In this document: positions 39,985 to 50,578 of the stretch, one piece after another
Layout of the letters: every line of letters starts with the position of its first letter
Numbering within the stretch: position 1 is the first letter of the stretch
Assembly: GCA_021108075.1 (NCBI GenBank)
Contig: JAIORP010000135.1
Span: forward strand, 23,938 to 87,937
DNA length: 64,000 nt
From: Candidatus Omnitrophota bacterium
GTDB lineage: Bacteria; Omnitrophota; Gorgyraeia; Zapsychrales; Zapsychraceae
Direction of reading: 5' to 3'
Position numbers and translations under genes: made by a program
Notes under the pieces: generated by a model
Told to the model about the DNA's origin: nothing
Database searches by the model: none
What the model saw: the letters and a program-made list of their open reading frames with translations, nothing else

Positions 39985-40368
39985 ATGAAAAAAAAAATTT
40001 TATTAATTGATGATGAAGCGGCTTTTACTTCAATGTTGAAACTATTCTTAGAATCAACGGGTGAATATAATGTGGCGGTTGAAAACAATCCACACAGAGC
40101 TGTTAATGCGGCAGAAATACATACACCTCATCTCATTTTACTAGATGTCATTATGCCGGAGCTTGAAGGATCGGATGTTGCGGATCGCATACGTCAACAT
40201 CCAAACCTGAATAAAACACCAATTATCTTTTTAACAGCAACGATACGGGAGGATGAAATGCAAGAATCGCAGGGAGTTATCGCCGACCAACAATTTATTG
40301 CCAAATTAAGCAATACAGACTTTCTCATTGATTCCATAGAAAAAAAAATCGCCTTAACACATTCATGA
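39985..40368 (+). CDS. single-domain response regulator
   Basis: KKILLIDDEAAF...LILLDVIMPELEGSDV...FLTA. Confidence 0.8.
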   Translation: MKKKILLIDDEAAFTSMLKLFLESTGEYNVAVENNPHRAVNAAEIHTPHLILLDVIMPELEGSDVADRIRQHPNLNKTPIIFLTATIREDEMQESQGVIADQQFIAKLSNTDFLIDSIEKKIALTHS

Positions 40369-40498
40369 TATTTCCCGCCCAAGACCCTTCAAATTTTCAT
40401 AAAAATTGAATAATACAATAATTCCAGATATATATCTTTATTTTAAATATTAATTATAGTATGATATTTCCTCAGTGTTATAAATGAGGAACTAACAA

Positions 40499-41026
40499 AT
40501 GGCTCAAAAGAAAAAAAATAAAATGAAAGTCTCAAAATCCAAAAGTCCCTACATCATTGTTAGAGGTTCTGATATCCACAATAAAGGCGTTTTTTCCAAA
40601 AAAAATATTCCGGGCGGAACGCGCATCATAGAATACATTGGTGAAAAAATCACCAAGAAAGAATCTGAACGGCGAGCTGATCTGCCCCTACAAAAAAACA
40701 AACAAAACCCGGAGTACGGGGCGGTCTACATCTTTGAACTCAACAAACGTTATGACATAGATGGTTATGTTACCTACAACACCGCTCGATACATCAACCA
40801 TTCTTGCTCTCCTAACTGTGAAACTCAAAATATTCGTGGACACATATGGATTATCGCCATAAAAGACATTCCCCGGGGGGGAGAATTAACATACAACTAC
40901 GGTTATGACATGGAAAACTATGAAGATCACCCCTGCCGTTGCCAATCTGATAATTGTATGGGCTATATTCTGGCAGAGGAACACTGGAAAAAACTAAAAA
41001 ACCGGAAACTTTCACTCAAGTCGTAA
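40499..41026 (+). CDS. SET-domain protein (putative protein-lysine methyltransferase) with post-SET Cys motif
   Basis: RYINHSCSPNC (NHSCxPN), GELTYNYGYD (ELTxDY-like), post-SET CRCQSDNC. Confidence 0.8.
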   Translation: MAQKKKNKMKVSKSKSPYIIVRGSDIHNKGVFSKKNIPGGTRIIEYIGEKITKKESERRADLPLQKNKQNPEYGAVYIFELNKRYDIDGYVTYNTARYINHSCSPNCETQNIRGHIWIIAIKDIPRGGELTYNYGYDMENYEDHPCRCQSDNCMGYILAEEHWKKLKNRKLSLKS

Positions 41027-41167
41027 TTACTATCCCAAAACATTAATGCATTCACTCACCGCTTTATCGGCAAATACGTATTTAAGCGTATAAAATAAAT
41101 TCTCAGGAAACATTGCTTAGAATTGTTCTTTTGATATAATACTATAAATATTTTTAATTATATTTAT

Positions 41168-42601
41168 ATGCCCATGCAGAAAAATATCCAAATTCTATTT
41201 ATATGTTCACTTCTCTTGATACCAGTCAAGTCTGCCTTTGCTCATAATAACAAATTGGTTCACAGTTTTGTCAAACAGGGCATATTATTATATGAACAGG
41301 GCGAAATCAACAGTGCCATAGACGACTTTAGCCGGGCCCTGTTATTAGATCCCCACAACTCTCAAGCCCAATCACAACTGGTCAAAATCATTTCTCACCC
41401 AAGTCTAGATGCCAGAGGAAGAATAAACCTGCTTGTTTTTGAGGATCTGATCGACTACACAAAAAAACTTAAAGGGAAAATAGACTATGTCCAATTCAAA
41501 AATAATCTGTTAAAAAAAGAACTCTATAGAAAAGGCTACACCAAAGAATCATTAACCAAAGAAATGACCCGCAGAAAAATTTACATCCTTGATGCCCAGA
41601 AAAAAACACAACTCAAAGACAGGGAGATTCTAAAAAATCACGATATCCCCTTAGAAATCGTCAACGCAAACCTTAATTATGAAAAAAAAGAATTAAACAA
41701 CAAACTCATTTCTTTACAAAATACATATAATTTCTTTAGAGAATTGGACAAAGAAATCCCTCTTGATCTTTCTGACTTTGAATTGATTCAAAATGATCAG
41801 ACAACAAAGGCACTAAAAAGCTATTATTCCACACAAAAAGAAGGACTAGAAACCCGGAAACAAGATATCAATGCATTCACACAAGATCTAAAAAATCTCA
41901 AAATGAAATTACGGGCACAAAAAAGATCACACACCCCGGACGACAAAAAAATTACTGACCTGACAGAAGAAATTGTTGATCTATCTTTAAAATTAGCAGA
42001 AAAAGAAAGGGCCCTGACCGATAAGGTCGAAGAAATTTCTTGTTTGAATCAAGAATTTTTGGATCTTCAAGAACGCTTCAAGCTTGAACAAAAAATTATT
42101 AAAGAAAAAAATCTTCACATCAACACATTGCAGTCCGAGATCCAAACGGCGCATGAAAAAACAAACGAATGGCGCGCAGAATTTGATAAAGTCCTGTCGC
42201 AAAGAACAATAAAGCTGTCAGAATTAAATGGAATCATTAAAATTTACAAACAAAAATTAACGTCTACAAATAGCAATATCAAAACACAATCCGCGGATAT
42301 TACCACGCTTGAAGAACAAATAAACACGATTCAACAAGAATTATATGATAAAGATAAATTTATTGAAAGAACCAAAAACGATTTAGCCTATTTTGAAACT
42401 GAACTCATTAGTATTAAAAAAGGAATCCTCAACCTCAAAAGCTATCCCCGGAAAGCCGGGTATTATAATCCTGAAGTCGTCGAAAAAAACATTTTAGAAT
42501 TATATGCTCAAATCCGAGATGCCCAAAAATATTTGTTAAAGCAATTACAGGACTTTGAAAAATTCAAAAATCAAGAAAATCTAACCACAAATAATGAATA
42601 A
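41168..42601 (+). CDS. secreted TPR plus long coiled-coil protein
   Basis: Signal peptide; TPR-like helix pairs (LYEQGEINSAIDDFSRALLLDPHNSQA), then about 350 aa of heptad-rich sequence. Confidence 0.55.
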   Translation: MPMQKNIQILFICSLLLIPVKSAFAHNNKLVHSFVKQGILLYEQGEINSAIDDFSRALLLDPHNSQAQSQLVKIISHPSLDARGRINLLVFEDLIDYTKKLKGKIDYVQFKNNLLKKELYRKGYTKESLTKEMTRRKIYILDAQKKTQLKDREILKNHDIPLEIVNANLNYEKKELNNKLISLQNTYNFFRELDKEIPLDLSDFELIQNDQTTKALKSYYSTQKEGLETRKQDINAFTQDLKNLKMKLRAQKRSHTPDDKKITDLTEEIVDLSLKLAEKERALTDKVEEISCLNQEFLDLQERFKLEQKIIKEKNLHINTLQSEIQTAHEKTNEWRAEFDKVLSQRTIKLSELNGIIKIYKQKLTSTNSNIKTQSADITTLEEQINTIQQELYDKDKFIERTKNDLAYFETELISIKKGILNLKSYPRKAGYYNPEVVEKNILELYAQIRDAQKYLLKQLQDFEKFKNQENLTTNNE

Positions 42602-42664
42602 AATCTCATCTTTTTCTTCATACCCGGATACATAATTCAACTTTATTTCTAAAAGGATTTTGCC

Positions 42665-44203
42665 ATGAAACCAAAATTAATTATCTCAATATTTTTCTTT
42701 ATCATTTTTTTAAATGGAATGTCCGCTCTGCCGGTCAGGGCAGAAGGACTGGCGTCTGCCGTTGTCAAAATATTTGTAACCTCAAGCCCCATCGATTACT
42801 ACCGCCCCTGGCAATCGCGCGGAATCACAAAATCCTTTGGATCAGGCGTCATTCTTCCCGACAACACAATCCTGACAAACGCGCATGTCGTCGCACATCA
42901 CACCTTCATTCAGGTAAAAAAATACAATGATGCAAAAAAATACACAGCCCAAGTTATTGCGATTGGCACAGATTGTGATTTAGCTCTTATTAAAGTTGAT
43001 AATCCGGATTTCTATAAAAATATTCCTACAGTTGAGATTGGAGAACTGCCTCAAGTCCAAGATACGGTAACGGTATTAGGTTATCCCAGGGGAGGAGACA
43101 AATTGTCCATTACTGAAGGTGTCGTTTCAAGAATTGAAATAACGGCCTACGCCCTTAGTTCCCGTCGATTATTAACCGTACAAATCGATGCGGCGATCAA
43201 CCCGGGGAATAGCGGCGGCCCTGTTTTTCAAAACGGTAAACTTGTCGGTATCGCCATGCAGAAATTATCAACTGGTCAAAATATCGGCTACATGATACCT
43301 CCACCAATTATCAATCATTTTTTCAATGACCTTAAAGATGGTCAATATGATGGGTTCCCTTACCTGGGCATTGAGTTCGAAATCACTGAGAATAAAAACT
43401 TACGAGCATACTTTAATATTGACAATGTTACAGGGGGTGTTATTGTTGAGTCCGTCATCCCGTTTGCTCCAGCTGACAAAAAACTTCAATCCGGCGATAT
43501 CATCACTCAAATCAATAATATCATCATCGACGAAGATGCGACATATCTGTTCAGAGATAATGAACGCTTAATCCTGACCCATCTGATCTCACAACAACAA
43601 ATCAAAGACAATATCTCCGTTCATTTTATCCGTGAGGGGGAAGCAGCTTCTGTCAATATCCCGCTAAAAAAAATGCCCTTTTTAGTGCCCCCGCCTCAAT
43701 TCTATGATAAACCGCCCTATTACATTTATGGAGGAATCGTCTTCACGGTATTAAGCAATGATCTGCTTTTATCGTGGGGAAGACGATGGTGGGAGAAAGC
43801 ACCGAACGAATTAAATTATTACATGATCGGTAATGGCCGTAAAAATGCATCTCTGCGAGAAAACCTGGTCGTCCTGCTAGACATCTTGTCCGATGACGTT
43901 AATGTCGGTTACCACAACCACAAAAATCAAATCATTAAAAAAATTAACGGAATAAAGATCACATCATTTCAAAATTTTGTTCAAACGATAAATTCAGTGA
44001 AAAGGTCAAAGAAATATACCAAGATCGAAACGGAAAACAACGCTATCATTATTCTTAAGAATGAAAATATTGATGAAATTAATTCTGCGATATTGAGCCG
44101 CAACAACATTCCTTTTGCATACTCAAAAGACGTTAAAAAATGGATCGACGCTGATCAAGAAAAGAAAAAGGATAAGGAACCGGAGGAACCGGATGACCCA
44201 TGA
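42665..44203 (+). CDS. HtrA/DegP-family periplasmic serine protease with PDZ domain(s)
   Basis: Catalytic triad contexts TNAHVV (His), DCDLALIKV (Asp), GNSGGPVF (Ser); downstream PDZ-like region. Confidence 0.8.
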   Translation: MKPKLIISIFFFIIFLNGMSALPVRAEGLASAVVKIFVTSSPIDYYRPWQSRGITKSFGSGVILPDNTILTNAHVVAHHTFIQVKKYNDAKKYTAQVIAIGTDCDLALIKVDNPDFYKNIPTVEIGELPQVQDTVTVLGYPRGGDKLSITEGVVSRIEITAYALSSRRLLTVQIDAAINPGNSGGPVFQNGKLVGIAMQKLSTGQNIGYMIPPPIINHFFNDLKDGQYDGFPYLGIEFEITENKNLRAYFNIDNVTGGVIVESVIPFAPADKKLQSGDIITQINNIIIDEDATYLFRDNERLILTHLISQQQIKDNISVHFIREGEAASVNIPLKKMPFLVPPPQFYDKPPYYIYGGIVFTVLSNDLLLSWGRRWWEKAPNELNYYMIGNGRKNASLRENLVVLLDILSDDVNVGYHNHKNQIIKKINGIKITSFQNFVQTINSVKRSKKYTKIETENNAIIILKNENIDEINSAILSRNNIPFAYSKDVKKWIDADQEKKKDKEPEEPDDP

Positions 44204-45122
44204 AATAGATCAAAAATATAACCTGAACAAAACCCGGAAACTCTTTATCAAAGGGTTTGTGATCGGATTGGCCAACGCAATACCCGGGGTGTCAGGGGGA
44301 ACAATCGCCTTCATGTTTGGAATTTATAATGACTTGATTCTGTCGATTAAGTCTGTCAACCTTCGACTCCTAAAAACATTGTTGCAATTTAAATTCAAAG
44401 AGGCATCAGATCTAATCCCGTGGCGTTTTCTGGCGACTGTTTTTCTTGGTGCAGGCTGTGCGATCATCACTTTATCAAAAGTGCTCGCGTTTTTATTTAT
44501 ACATAATCCCGTCTTGATCCTGTCATTTTTCTTTGGTCTGATTCTCGCCACAATACCCATCATGACCTCGGTGATAAAAAAATGGACCATCACAAAATAC
44601 ATAATCATGTTCCTGTCCACAATAGCAACCTACCATCTTGTTGGTATGGTTCCTCTTCAGACACCAAATGCTTTGTGGTTCATTTTTCTTTGTGGTGTTT
44701 TTGCGATGGCGACAATGATTTTACCTGGGATTTCCGGTTCATTTGTTCTTTTGCTCCTGGGCAAATATCTATTTATATTACAAGCTGTCAATGAAAGAAA
44801 TCTGATCATTATCTGTGTGTTTGGGCTAGGGGCGATGATCGGCGTTGTCTCCATTGCTCAGTTACTCAGCCGACTCTTAAAAAACCACCATGACCGCACG
44901 ATGATTATCCTAACCGCTTTTGTGGTAGGATCGCTTCGAAAAATATGGCCCTGGAAGGAAACCCTAAGTTCAATCACAAATATGAAGGGGGAGGTCATTC
45001 CAACCCATCAGGTTAATACGTTACCACAGGCTTTCACTCCCGAACTAATCTGGGCGATCGTACTAATGGTCATTGGATTTCTCTTCGCTTTGTTGATCAA
45101 TTCAACAACGAAAGACGTATAA
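44193..45122 (+). CDS. DUF368-family integral membrane protein
   Basis: Duplicated NAIPGVSGGTIAF and ILPGISGSFVLLLLG motifs; GGAGGA RBS; overlaps the htrA-like 3' end. Confidence 0.65.
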   Translation: MTHEIDQKYNLNKTRKLFIKGFVIGLANAIPGVSGGTIAFMFGIYNDLILSIKSVNLRLLKTLLQFKFKEASDLIPWRFLATVFLGAGCAIITLSKVLAFLFIHNPVLILSFFFGLILATIPIMTSVIKKWTITKYIIMFLSTIATYHLVGMVPLQTPNALWFIFLCGVFAMATMILPGISGSFVLLLLGKYLFILQAVNERNLIIICVFGLGAMIGVVSIAQLLSRLLKNHHDRTMIILTAFVVGSLRKIWPWKETLSSITNMKGEVIPTHQVNTLPQAFTPELIWAIVLMVIGFLFALLINSTTKDV

Positions 45123-45217
45123 AACAGGCATATTATGGAAAAGACTAAAACTTGCAGTATTCATATATTATAGTATAATTAAAGTAATCATAAAATTTAT
45201 ATTAGAAGGTGCCTTTG

Positions 45218-45700
45218 ATGAAAATAATATTTAAAATCATTCTTATTTCCATAACCGTCCTCGTTGTTAATCCATGCCACTCGTCTGAGATAGATCTTAT
45301 TAATGAAGCGCCCTTATCTCTACGCTATAAATTCCTTCATTCCAGAGGGAAACCATGGAAGAATGCAGCCATAGAAGAAAAACGGGCATTCTTGCGCGAC
45401 TACTTAAAAGGAGAACGAACTTACTTCAAAGCACTTCAACAACAAAAGAAAAATCGCTCAGCAGAAATCAAGAATCAAAAAAAGAAAATCAAAGAACAAA
45501 AAAAGGCCATTGCAAGAATAAAAAACGCTCGATTAAAAGCTGAATATGTAAAACAACGTAAACGAATTAAGGAAAGAAATAGAATTACTAAACAACGCCA
45601 ACAAGCCAGAAAAAGGATGCAGGATCTTAAACGACAATCCAAGAAAAAAAATAACGAACGTAAAAAGAGAGCCGCGAAAAGAAACAAAAAGAGACGCTAA
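45218..45700 (+). CDS. secreted, extremely Lys/Arg-rich helical protein
   Basis: Signal peptide, then about 100 aa that are more than 50 percent K/R (…KKKIKEQKKAIARIKNARLKAEYVKQRKRIKERNRITKQRQQARKRMQDLKRQSKKKNNERKKRAAKRNKKRR). Confidence 0.45.
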   Translation: MKIIFKIILISITVLVVNPCHSSEIDLINEAPLSLRYKFLHSRGKPWKNAAIEEKRAFLRDYLKGERTYFKALQQQKKNRSAEIKNQKKKIKEQKKAIARIKNARLKAEYVKQRKRIKERNRITKQRQQARKRMQDLKRQSKKKNNERKKRAAKRNKKRR

Positions 45701-45779
45701 ACACCATTGGCCATCAGACATCGCTTTTTAACCTTTAATCTCCCACTTAACCCTTTCTAAAATAATATACAATCCAAAA

Positions 45780-46445
45780 ATGTTAAAAGAATACTCTGTC
45801 AATTCAATCCTATTTGATATGGATGGTGTCATCACAAATACTATGCCGGATCATTTTAAAGCCTGGAAAATAACGCTCAGGGCAATCGGAGTAAACGTGA
45901 CTCATCTGGACATTTACGCCAGAGAAGGACAAAGAGGGATGAACAGCATTCGAGAACTGCTACAGTCAAAAAAAATACAGTTTACAGACCGACAACTGCT
46001 TGATATTTTATCTGCGAAAGAGGCTATCTTTAAAAAAATAGTTTCAGTTCGATATATCCCCGGAGCACGAACACTGCTAAAATCATGTCACAAAAAGGGA
46101 CTGCAATTAGGACTTGTTACGGGAACGTCCTATCCGGAAACAAAAAAAATATTGCCCGATAAGTATTTCGATTTATTTTCGTGCGTCATTACTGGAGATA
46201 TTGTTAAGCTAGGCAAACCAAACCCTGAACCTTATCTGCTTGCTTTAAAAATGTTACAGGTGTCCGCGAAAGACACAATCGTCATCGAGAATGCACCCCT
46301 GGGTATCCGGTCAGCCAAACAAGCTGGTATCAGATGCTTCGCGCTTGAAACATCTCTGCCGATGAAATATTTGAAAGAAGCGGATATGATATTTAAATCT
46401 TTTAAAGAATTCAATCAAAACGTTCATTTAAAAAAATTGCCGTAA
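45780..46445 (+). CDS. HAD-superfamily hydrolase (beta-phosphoglucomutase/phosphatase-like)
   Basis: Motif I ILFDMDGVITNT; motif II LVTGTS; motif IV region ...IENAPLGIRSAKQAG. Confidence 0.75.
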   Translation: MLKEYSVNSILFDMDGVITNTMPDHFKAWKITLRAIGVNVTHLDIYAREGQRGMNSIRELLQSKKIQFTDRQLLDILSAKEAIFKKIVSVRYIPGARTLLKSCHKKGLQLGLVTGTSYPETKKILPDKYFDLFSCVITGDIVKLGKPNPEPYLLALKMLQVSAKDTIVIENAPLGIRSAKQAGIRCFALETSLPMKYLKEADMIFKSFKEFNQNVHLKKLP

Positions 46446-46446
46446 T

Positions 46447-47334
46447 ATGTTATGCTCTAAAAAAATGAAAATTAAAAACATTTTATTATTTTACAAAAAA
46501 AGCACATACGATTTATATTTCATCAAGCATAAAGACGTATTCCAGCCATGTTCACAAATCTTGAAAAAACGCATGGATATTTTACGACAAGCGCATGAAG
46601 AACATTATCAATCTTTGAAGAAAGTGGAACGTTTATTAAAAAAATATCATATTCCCTATGTGAAACGTCAACGTGGGACTAAAAGCGATATCACCAAATT
46701 TAATTTAATCCTTTCTTTTGGTGGAGATGGAACTTTTCTAGAAGCTGCCCGCGTATCGCCTGGAAGTTTCATTGTGGGCATCAACTCAGCACCAAACTTT
46801 AGCGTAGGCTGTCTCTGCACAATGACTCCGCAAAATGCTGAAAATTTTTTTATAGGCTTATCGACCGGCCAATATGCTGAAAAAACATTCCACAAAATCA
46901 ATGTTCTCCTCCCAGGTCACAAAAATCTCAACGCTATTAATGACGTATTAATCGCGCACAAAAACCCGGCAGCTACAAGTCGATATCTCATAAAGATTGA
47001 CAAAACAAGTGAGGAACAGCGTAGTTCAGGAATATGGATATCAACACCTATAGGCAGCACAGCCGGCATTATGTCTGCCGGGGGAAAACAAATAGAGAAG
47101 CATCAAAACAAATTTCAATACATGCCCCGGGAGATTTATGTCTACAAGAATATAAAATACAAACTAACTGGTTCAATCCTTAAATCAACCCAACAACTCC
47201 ATATCACGTCTTTTATGCGTCAAGGAATGATTTTTATCGATGGCAGTCATTGCCTCCACCCATTTCCTTATGGAGCAAGAATTCGGATATCCTTATCTGC
47301 AACTCCTTTAAAAACGATCATTTTAAAAAAATAA
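46447..47334 (+). CDS. nadK: NAD(+) kinase
   Basis: ILSFGGDGTFLEAAR (GGDGT) and TPIGSTAGIMSAGGKQ (cf. TPTGSTAYSxSAGGP). Confidence 0.7.
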   Translation: MLCSKKMKIKNILLFYKKSTYDLYFIKHKDVFQPCSQILKKRMDILRQAHEEHYQSLKKVERLLKKYHIPYVKRQRGTKSDITKFNLILSFGGDGTFLEAARVSPGSFIVGINSAPNFSVGCLCTMTPQNAENFFIGLSTGQYAEKTFHKINVLLPGHKNLNAINDVLIAHKNPAATSRYLIKIDKTSEEQRSSGIWISTPIGSTAGIMSAGGKQIEKHQNKFQYMPREIYVYKNIKYKLTGSILKSTQQLHITSFMRQGMIFIDGSHCLHPFPYGARIRISLSATPLKTIILKK

Positions 47335-47341
47335 CTTCGGA

Positions 47342-48391
47342 ATGAATTCATCTCCAAATTTCTCAAAAAAATTGCTTTTCTGGTATAAAAAAACCGCTCG
47401 AACATTGCCCTGGAGGGAAACCAACGACCCTTACTTGATTTGGATTTCAGAAATCATGTTACAGCAAACAACTGTCAAGGCTGTCATTCCTTATTTCAAA
47501 AATTGGTTAAACAAATATCCCACGATTAAAATTCTGGCCCGAGCTAAGACAGATGAAATATTAAAAATATGGCAAGGACTGGGCTATTACCAACGTGCTA
47601 AAAACATCTTAAAAACAGCAAAAGTTGTGTCTACCCGATATCATGGGCAACTGCCGATGAATTATCAGCAATTACTCCATCTTCCCGGAATAGGACCCTA
47701 CACGGCCGGGGCGATTTTAAGCATCGCGTTTGACAAACCCCTGCCGATTATTGATGCAAATATTCGCAGAGTCATCCTGCGCTTCATCAACAAAAAACTA
47801 AAGACAAAAACAAATTCTGATAAAATTATCTATCAATTTTTAAAACAGCATATGCCAAAAAAGAATTGCAGCCATTTTAATCAATCCCTGATGGAACTGG
47901 GAGCCCTCATTTGCGTTAGTCGCAATCCGTTATGCTTGCAATGTCCGTTAATAAAAGAATGCCTCAGCTTCAAGAATGGGACTCAAGAAATCATCATCCG
48001 CCCGACTAAAAAAACGATCACAACATTACATGTGGCTATTGCAGTAATACGATACCAAAAAAAATTCTACCTGCAAAAACGCGCCTCAACAGGTATTCTT
48101 GCAGACTTATGGGAGTTTCCCGGAGGAAAAATCGAAAAAGGGGAGTCGCCCCTGCAGGCTGTCAAACGGGAAGTTTTAGAAGAATTGGATCTAGCATTGC
48201 ATAAAATCAAGTATCTCACAAAAATTATTCATTTTTATACCCGTTATCGCGTTGTGCTTTATGTGTTTATCTGTGATATAAAAAATATGATAGAAACTAA
48301 TGAACGTTTAAAATTGCTATCTTCACGCGATCTCAAAAATTACCCAATGCCTTCTGGGACTGCAAAAATAGTTTCCTTGCTCAAAAAATAA
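47342..48391 (+). CDS. mutY: A/G-specific adenine DNA glycosylase
   Basis: HhH-GPD LPGIGPYTAGAI; Fe-S loop CVSRNPLCLQCPLIKEC; C-terminal NUDIX-like EFPGGKIEKGESPLQAVKREVLEEL. Confidence 0.85.
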   Translation: MNSSPNFSKKLLFWYKKTARTLPWRETNDPYLIWISEIMLQQTTVKAVIPYFKNWLNKYPTIKILARAKTDEILKIWQGLGYYQRAKNILKTAKVVSTRYHGQLPMNYQQLLHLPGIGPYTAGAILSIAFDKPLPIIDANIRRVILRFINKKLKTKTNSDKIIYQFLKQHMPKKNCSHFNQSLMELGALICVSRNPLCLQCPLIKECLSFKNGTQEIIIRPTKKTITTLHVAIAVIRYQKKFYLQKRASTGILADLWEFPGGKIEKGESPLQAVKREVLEELDLALHKIKYLTKIIHFYTRYRVVLYVFICDIKNMIETNERLKLLSSRDLKNYPMPSGTAKIVSLLKK

Positions 48392-48420
48392 TAGTATGAT
48401 TATACAAAACTCAATAGATA

Positions 48421-48502
48421 ATACCAATTCCATTAAATAATGACCGGAACCAATTCTGCTTTTCAGAATTAAGATAGAACAATTTATTAATAGATTTGGT
48501 AT
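48421..48502. repeat. copy 4 (inverted orientation) of the ~82-nt palindromic repeat family
   Basis: Reverse complement matches copy 1 with substitutions (CCGG for TTTG in the internal loop, T for C once); lies between mutY and surE. Confidence 0.85.
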
Positions 48503-48662
48503 AATTATCCTATTTAAATGCTAGTATTTTCGTTTGAACATCAATAATATCATAATGACCTTGGTGATTATTTAATAAATTTAGTATAATTGTCTGTTTG
48601 TGCAAAATAATGACGAACGGTCTTTCATCAAAACAAACTAATTCTAAATAAGAGGAGTTCTT

Positions 48663-49412
48663 ATGCGCATATTATTAACTAACGATGATGGCATTGGGGC
48701 CGAAGGATTATTGGCTGTTTATTCAAGTTTAAAAAAAATTGCTGATGTCGATGTGGTCGCGCCATTAGATCAAAAAAGCTCCATTGGACATGCCATCACG
48801 CTTTCCCAACCGCTATTCGCAAAAAATATTTTTAAAAATAAAAAAAAATTCGGAACAGCTATTTCCGGCACGCCAGCTGATTGTGTTAAATTCGCTATCG
48901 GTGTTTTAAAAATAAAACCTGATCTGATTATTTCAGGCATTAATCTCGGGCACAATGACGGATGCAGTGTCTTTTATTCCGGCACTGTAGCCGGAGCCAG
49001 GGAAGCTGCCCTTCTAGGATACCCTGCAATGGCCGTATCACTGGCAACTTTCCAACAACCCGACTACTCATATGCCGCAAAACTCAGCTCAAGACTGGCG
49101 AAAAAAATGATTGAGTTCAAATTCCCTTATGGAAAATTCTTAAATGTCAATATTCCAAACCTAAAGCAAAAAGAAATTAAAGGAGTACGCATAACACGTC
49201 AGTGTACAGATCCGATCCATGGGCTCTTTTATAAAAATATAAATCCTCATGGCGACGAATACTATTGGATGAGTGGAAAGATTCCATCGCCTCAAAAAGA
49301 TGTCAACATCGACACCTATGCCCTCCAACAAAAATACGTCACGGTCACACCGATTCAAAATGATTTAACCGACGCGTCGTTATTAGAAGAAATTAAAAAT
49401 TGGGATTTATAA
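48663..49412 (+). CDS. surE: 5'/3'-nucleotidase SurE
   Basis: MRILLTNDDGIGAEGL N-terminal DD(G) metal site and overall SurE pattern; GAGGAG RBS. Confidence 0.9.
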   Translation: MRILLTNDDGIGAEGLLAVYSSLKKIADVDVVAPLDQKSSIGHAITLSQPLFAKNIFKNKKKFGTAISGTPADCVKFAIGVLKIKPDLIISGINLGHNDGCSVFYSGTVAGAREAALLGYPAMAVSLATFQQPDYSYAAKLSSRLAKKMIEFKFPYGKFLNVNIPNLKQKEIKGVRITRQCTDPIHGLFYKNINPHGDEYYWMSGKIPSPQKDVNIDTYALQQKYVTVTPIQNDLTDASLLEEIKNWDL

Positions 49413-49786
49413 TGTCACTTCATCTATTTTTTTATTCATTGATGGAGGAAAAAGCCATCCTCATCATGAAATCCGAAAAGACAAATAGACAGCAATCTAT
49501 CGCACAAATTTGTATCCATTGAAAAAATATGTTCCGGTCCACATTATTTCTATCAGGGCACAAAACCATTGTTACGACTAGAATGACGTCTTTATTTCAT
49601 TTTTTCTGCGTCCATCTATGTCAGTGAAAAATGGCATGATACTTCGTGAGAATCAGACCGTTATCACTCAAAGGGAAAGTGATAAAATAATTCCGAAATA
49701 TATTGATTTAAATATGTATCAGTTGTATTATTTTTTTATCTATCAATATATATAAATAATAATACTTAACAAAAAATGCGAAAAAT

Positions 49787-50578
49787 ATGAAAAAAATATT
49801 TCATTTTCTGACCATTATTACCTTTATTACCCTATCCGATCATTATGCTTCAGCACAAAAGGTGATCATGGGAGAAATTATTAATGTCAACTATCGATAT
49901 TTAACCGCCTTTTCAGACCTCAGCCGACCATATGTTCAGCCCGGTGACATTGTCGAAATATACAGTGACGGCATGTTCGTAACTTATTTAAAAGTATCCG
50001 AAACTTCAACAGCGATCTCAAAACTCATTCCGATAAAAAGAAAAGGACCATATAAAACGCAGATCAACTTCAAAAAAATCAGCATTGGATTTCAAGTTAA
50101 AAAAATCGATGAAGAGGATGCTTCTTTGTTTATCGAAAAAACAACTGAACAATTACCTCGCGCTATGGAACAACTGCCAGATACGATATCAGAAAACACT
50201 CTTCTCCTTGATGATTCAAACACGACCTTCTCTGATGATTCCTTTAATCAACTCCAGGAAGATTATAATATTCTTAACATTAAATATTCATCTTCTTTAG
50301 AAAGCGCATCCAAATTACAACAAAATTTACAGACTCAAACTCAAAAAATATTTACTTTGCGTGCAGACCTGACAACGTCTCAAGAAAAAATTGAACGACT
50401 GATAAAAAAAAATCAAGAGTTGGAGAGAAAAAATTTAAATAAAGATTTCAGCCAGCAAAAATTATTATATGAAACATGCCAGGACGACCTAACCAATCTC
50501 AATAAAAAAATGTTAATCATTCGGAAAAAACTTCAATATATTTTTAATATCTTAAAAAGAAAGATGGGCAATTTATGA
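49787..50578 (+). CDS. secreted coiled-coil protein, translationally coupled to the giant ORF
   Basis: Signal peptide MKKIFHFLTIITFITLSDHYASAQ; C-terminal half is heptad-rich; its TGA stop overlaps the ATG of the next ORF (ATGA at 50575-50578). Confidence 0.5.
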   Translation: MKKIFHFLTIITFITLSDHYASAQKVIMGEIINVNYRYLTAFSDLSRPYVQPGDIVEIYSDGMFVTYLKVSETSTAISKLIPIKRKGPYKTQINFKKISIGFQVKKIDEEDASLFIEKTTEQLPRAMEQLPDTISENTLLLDDSNTTFSDDSFNQLQEDYNILNIKYSSSLESASKLQQNLQTQTQKIFTLRADLTTSQEKIERLIKKNQELERKNLNKDFSQQKLLYETCQDDLTNLNKKMLIIRKKLQYIFNILKRKMGNL

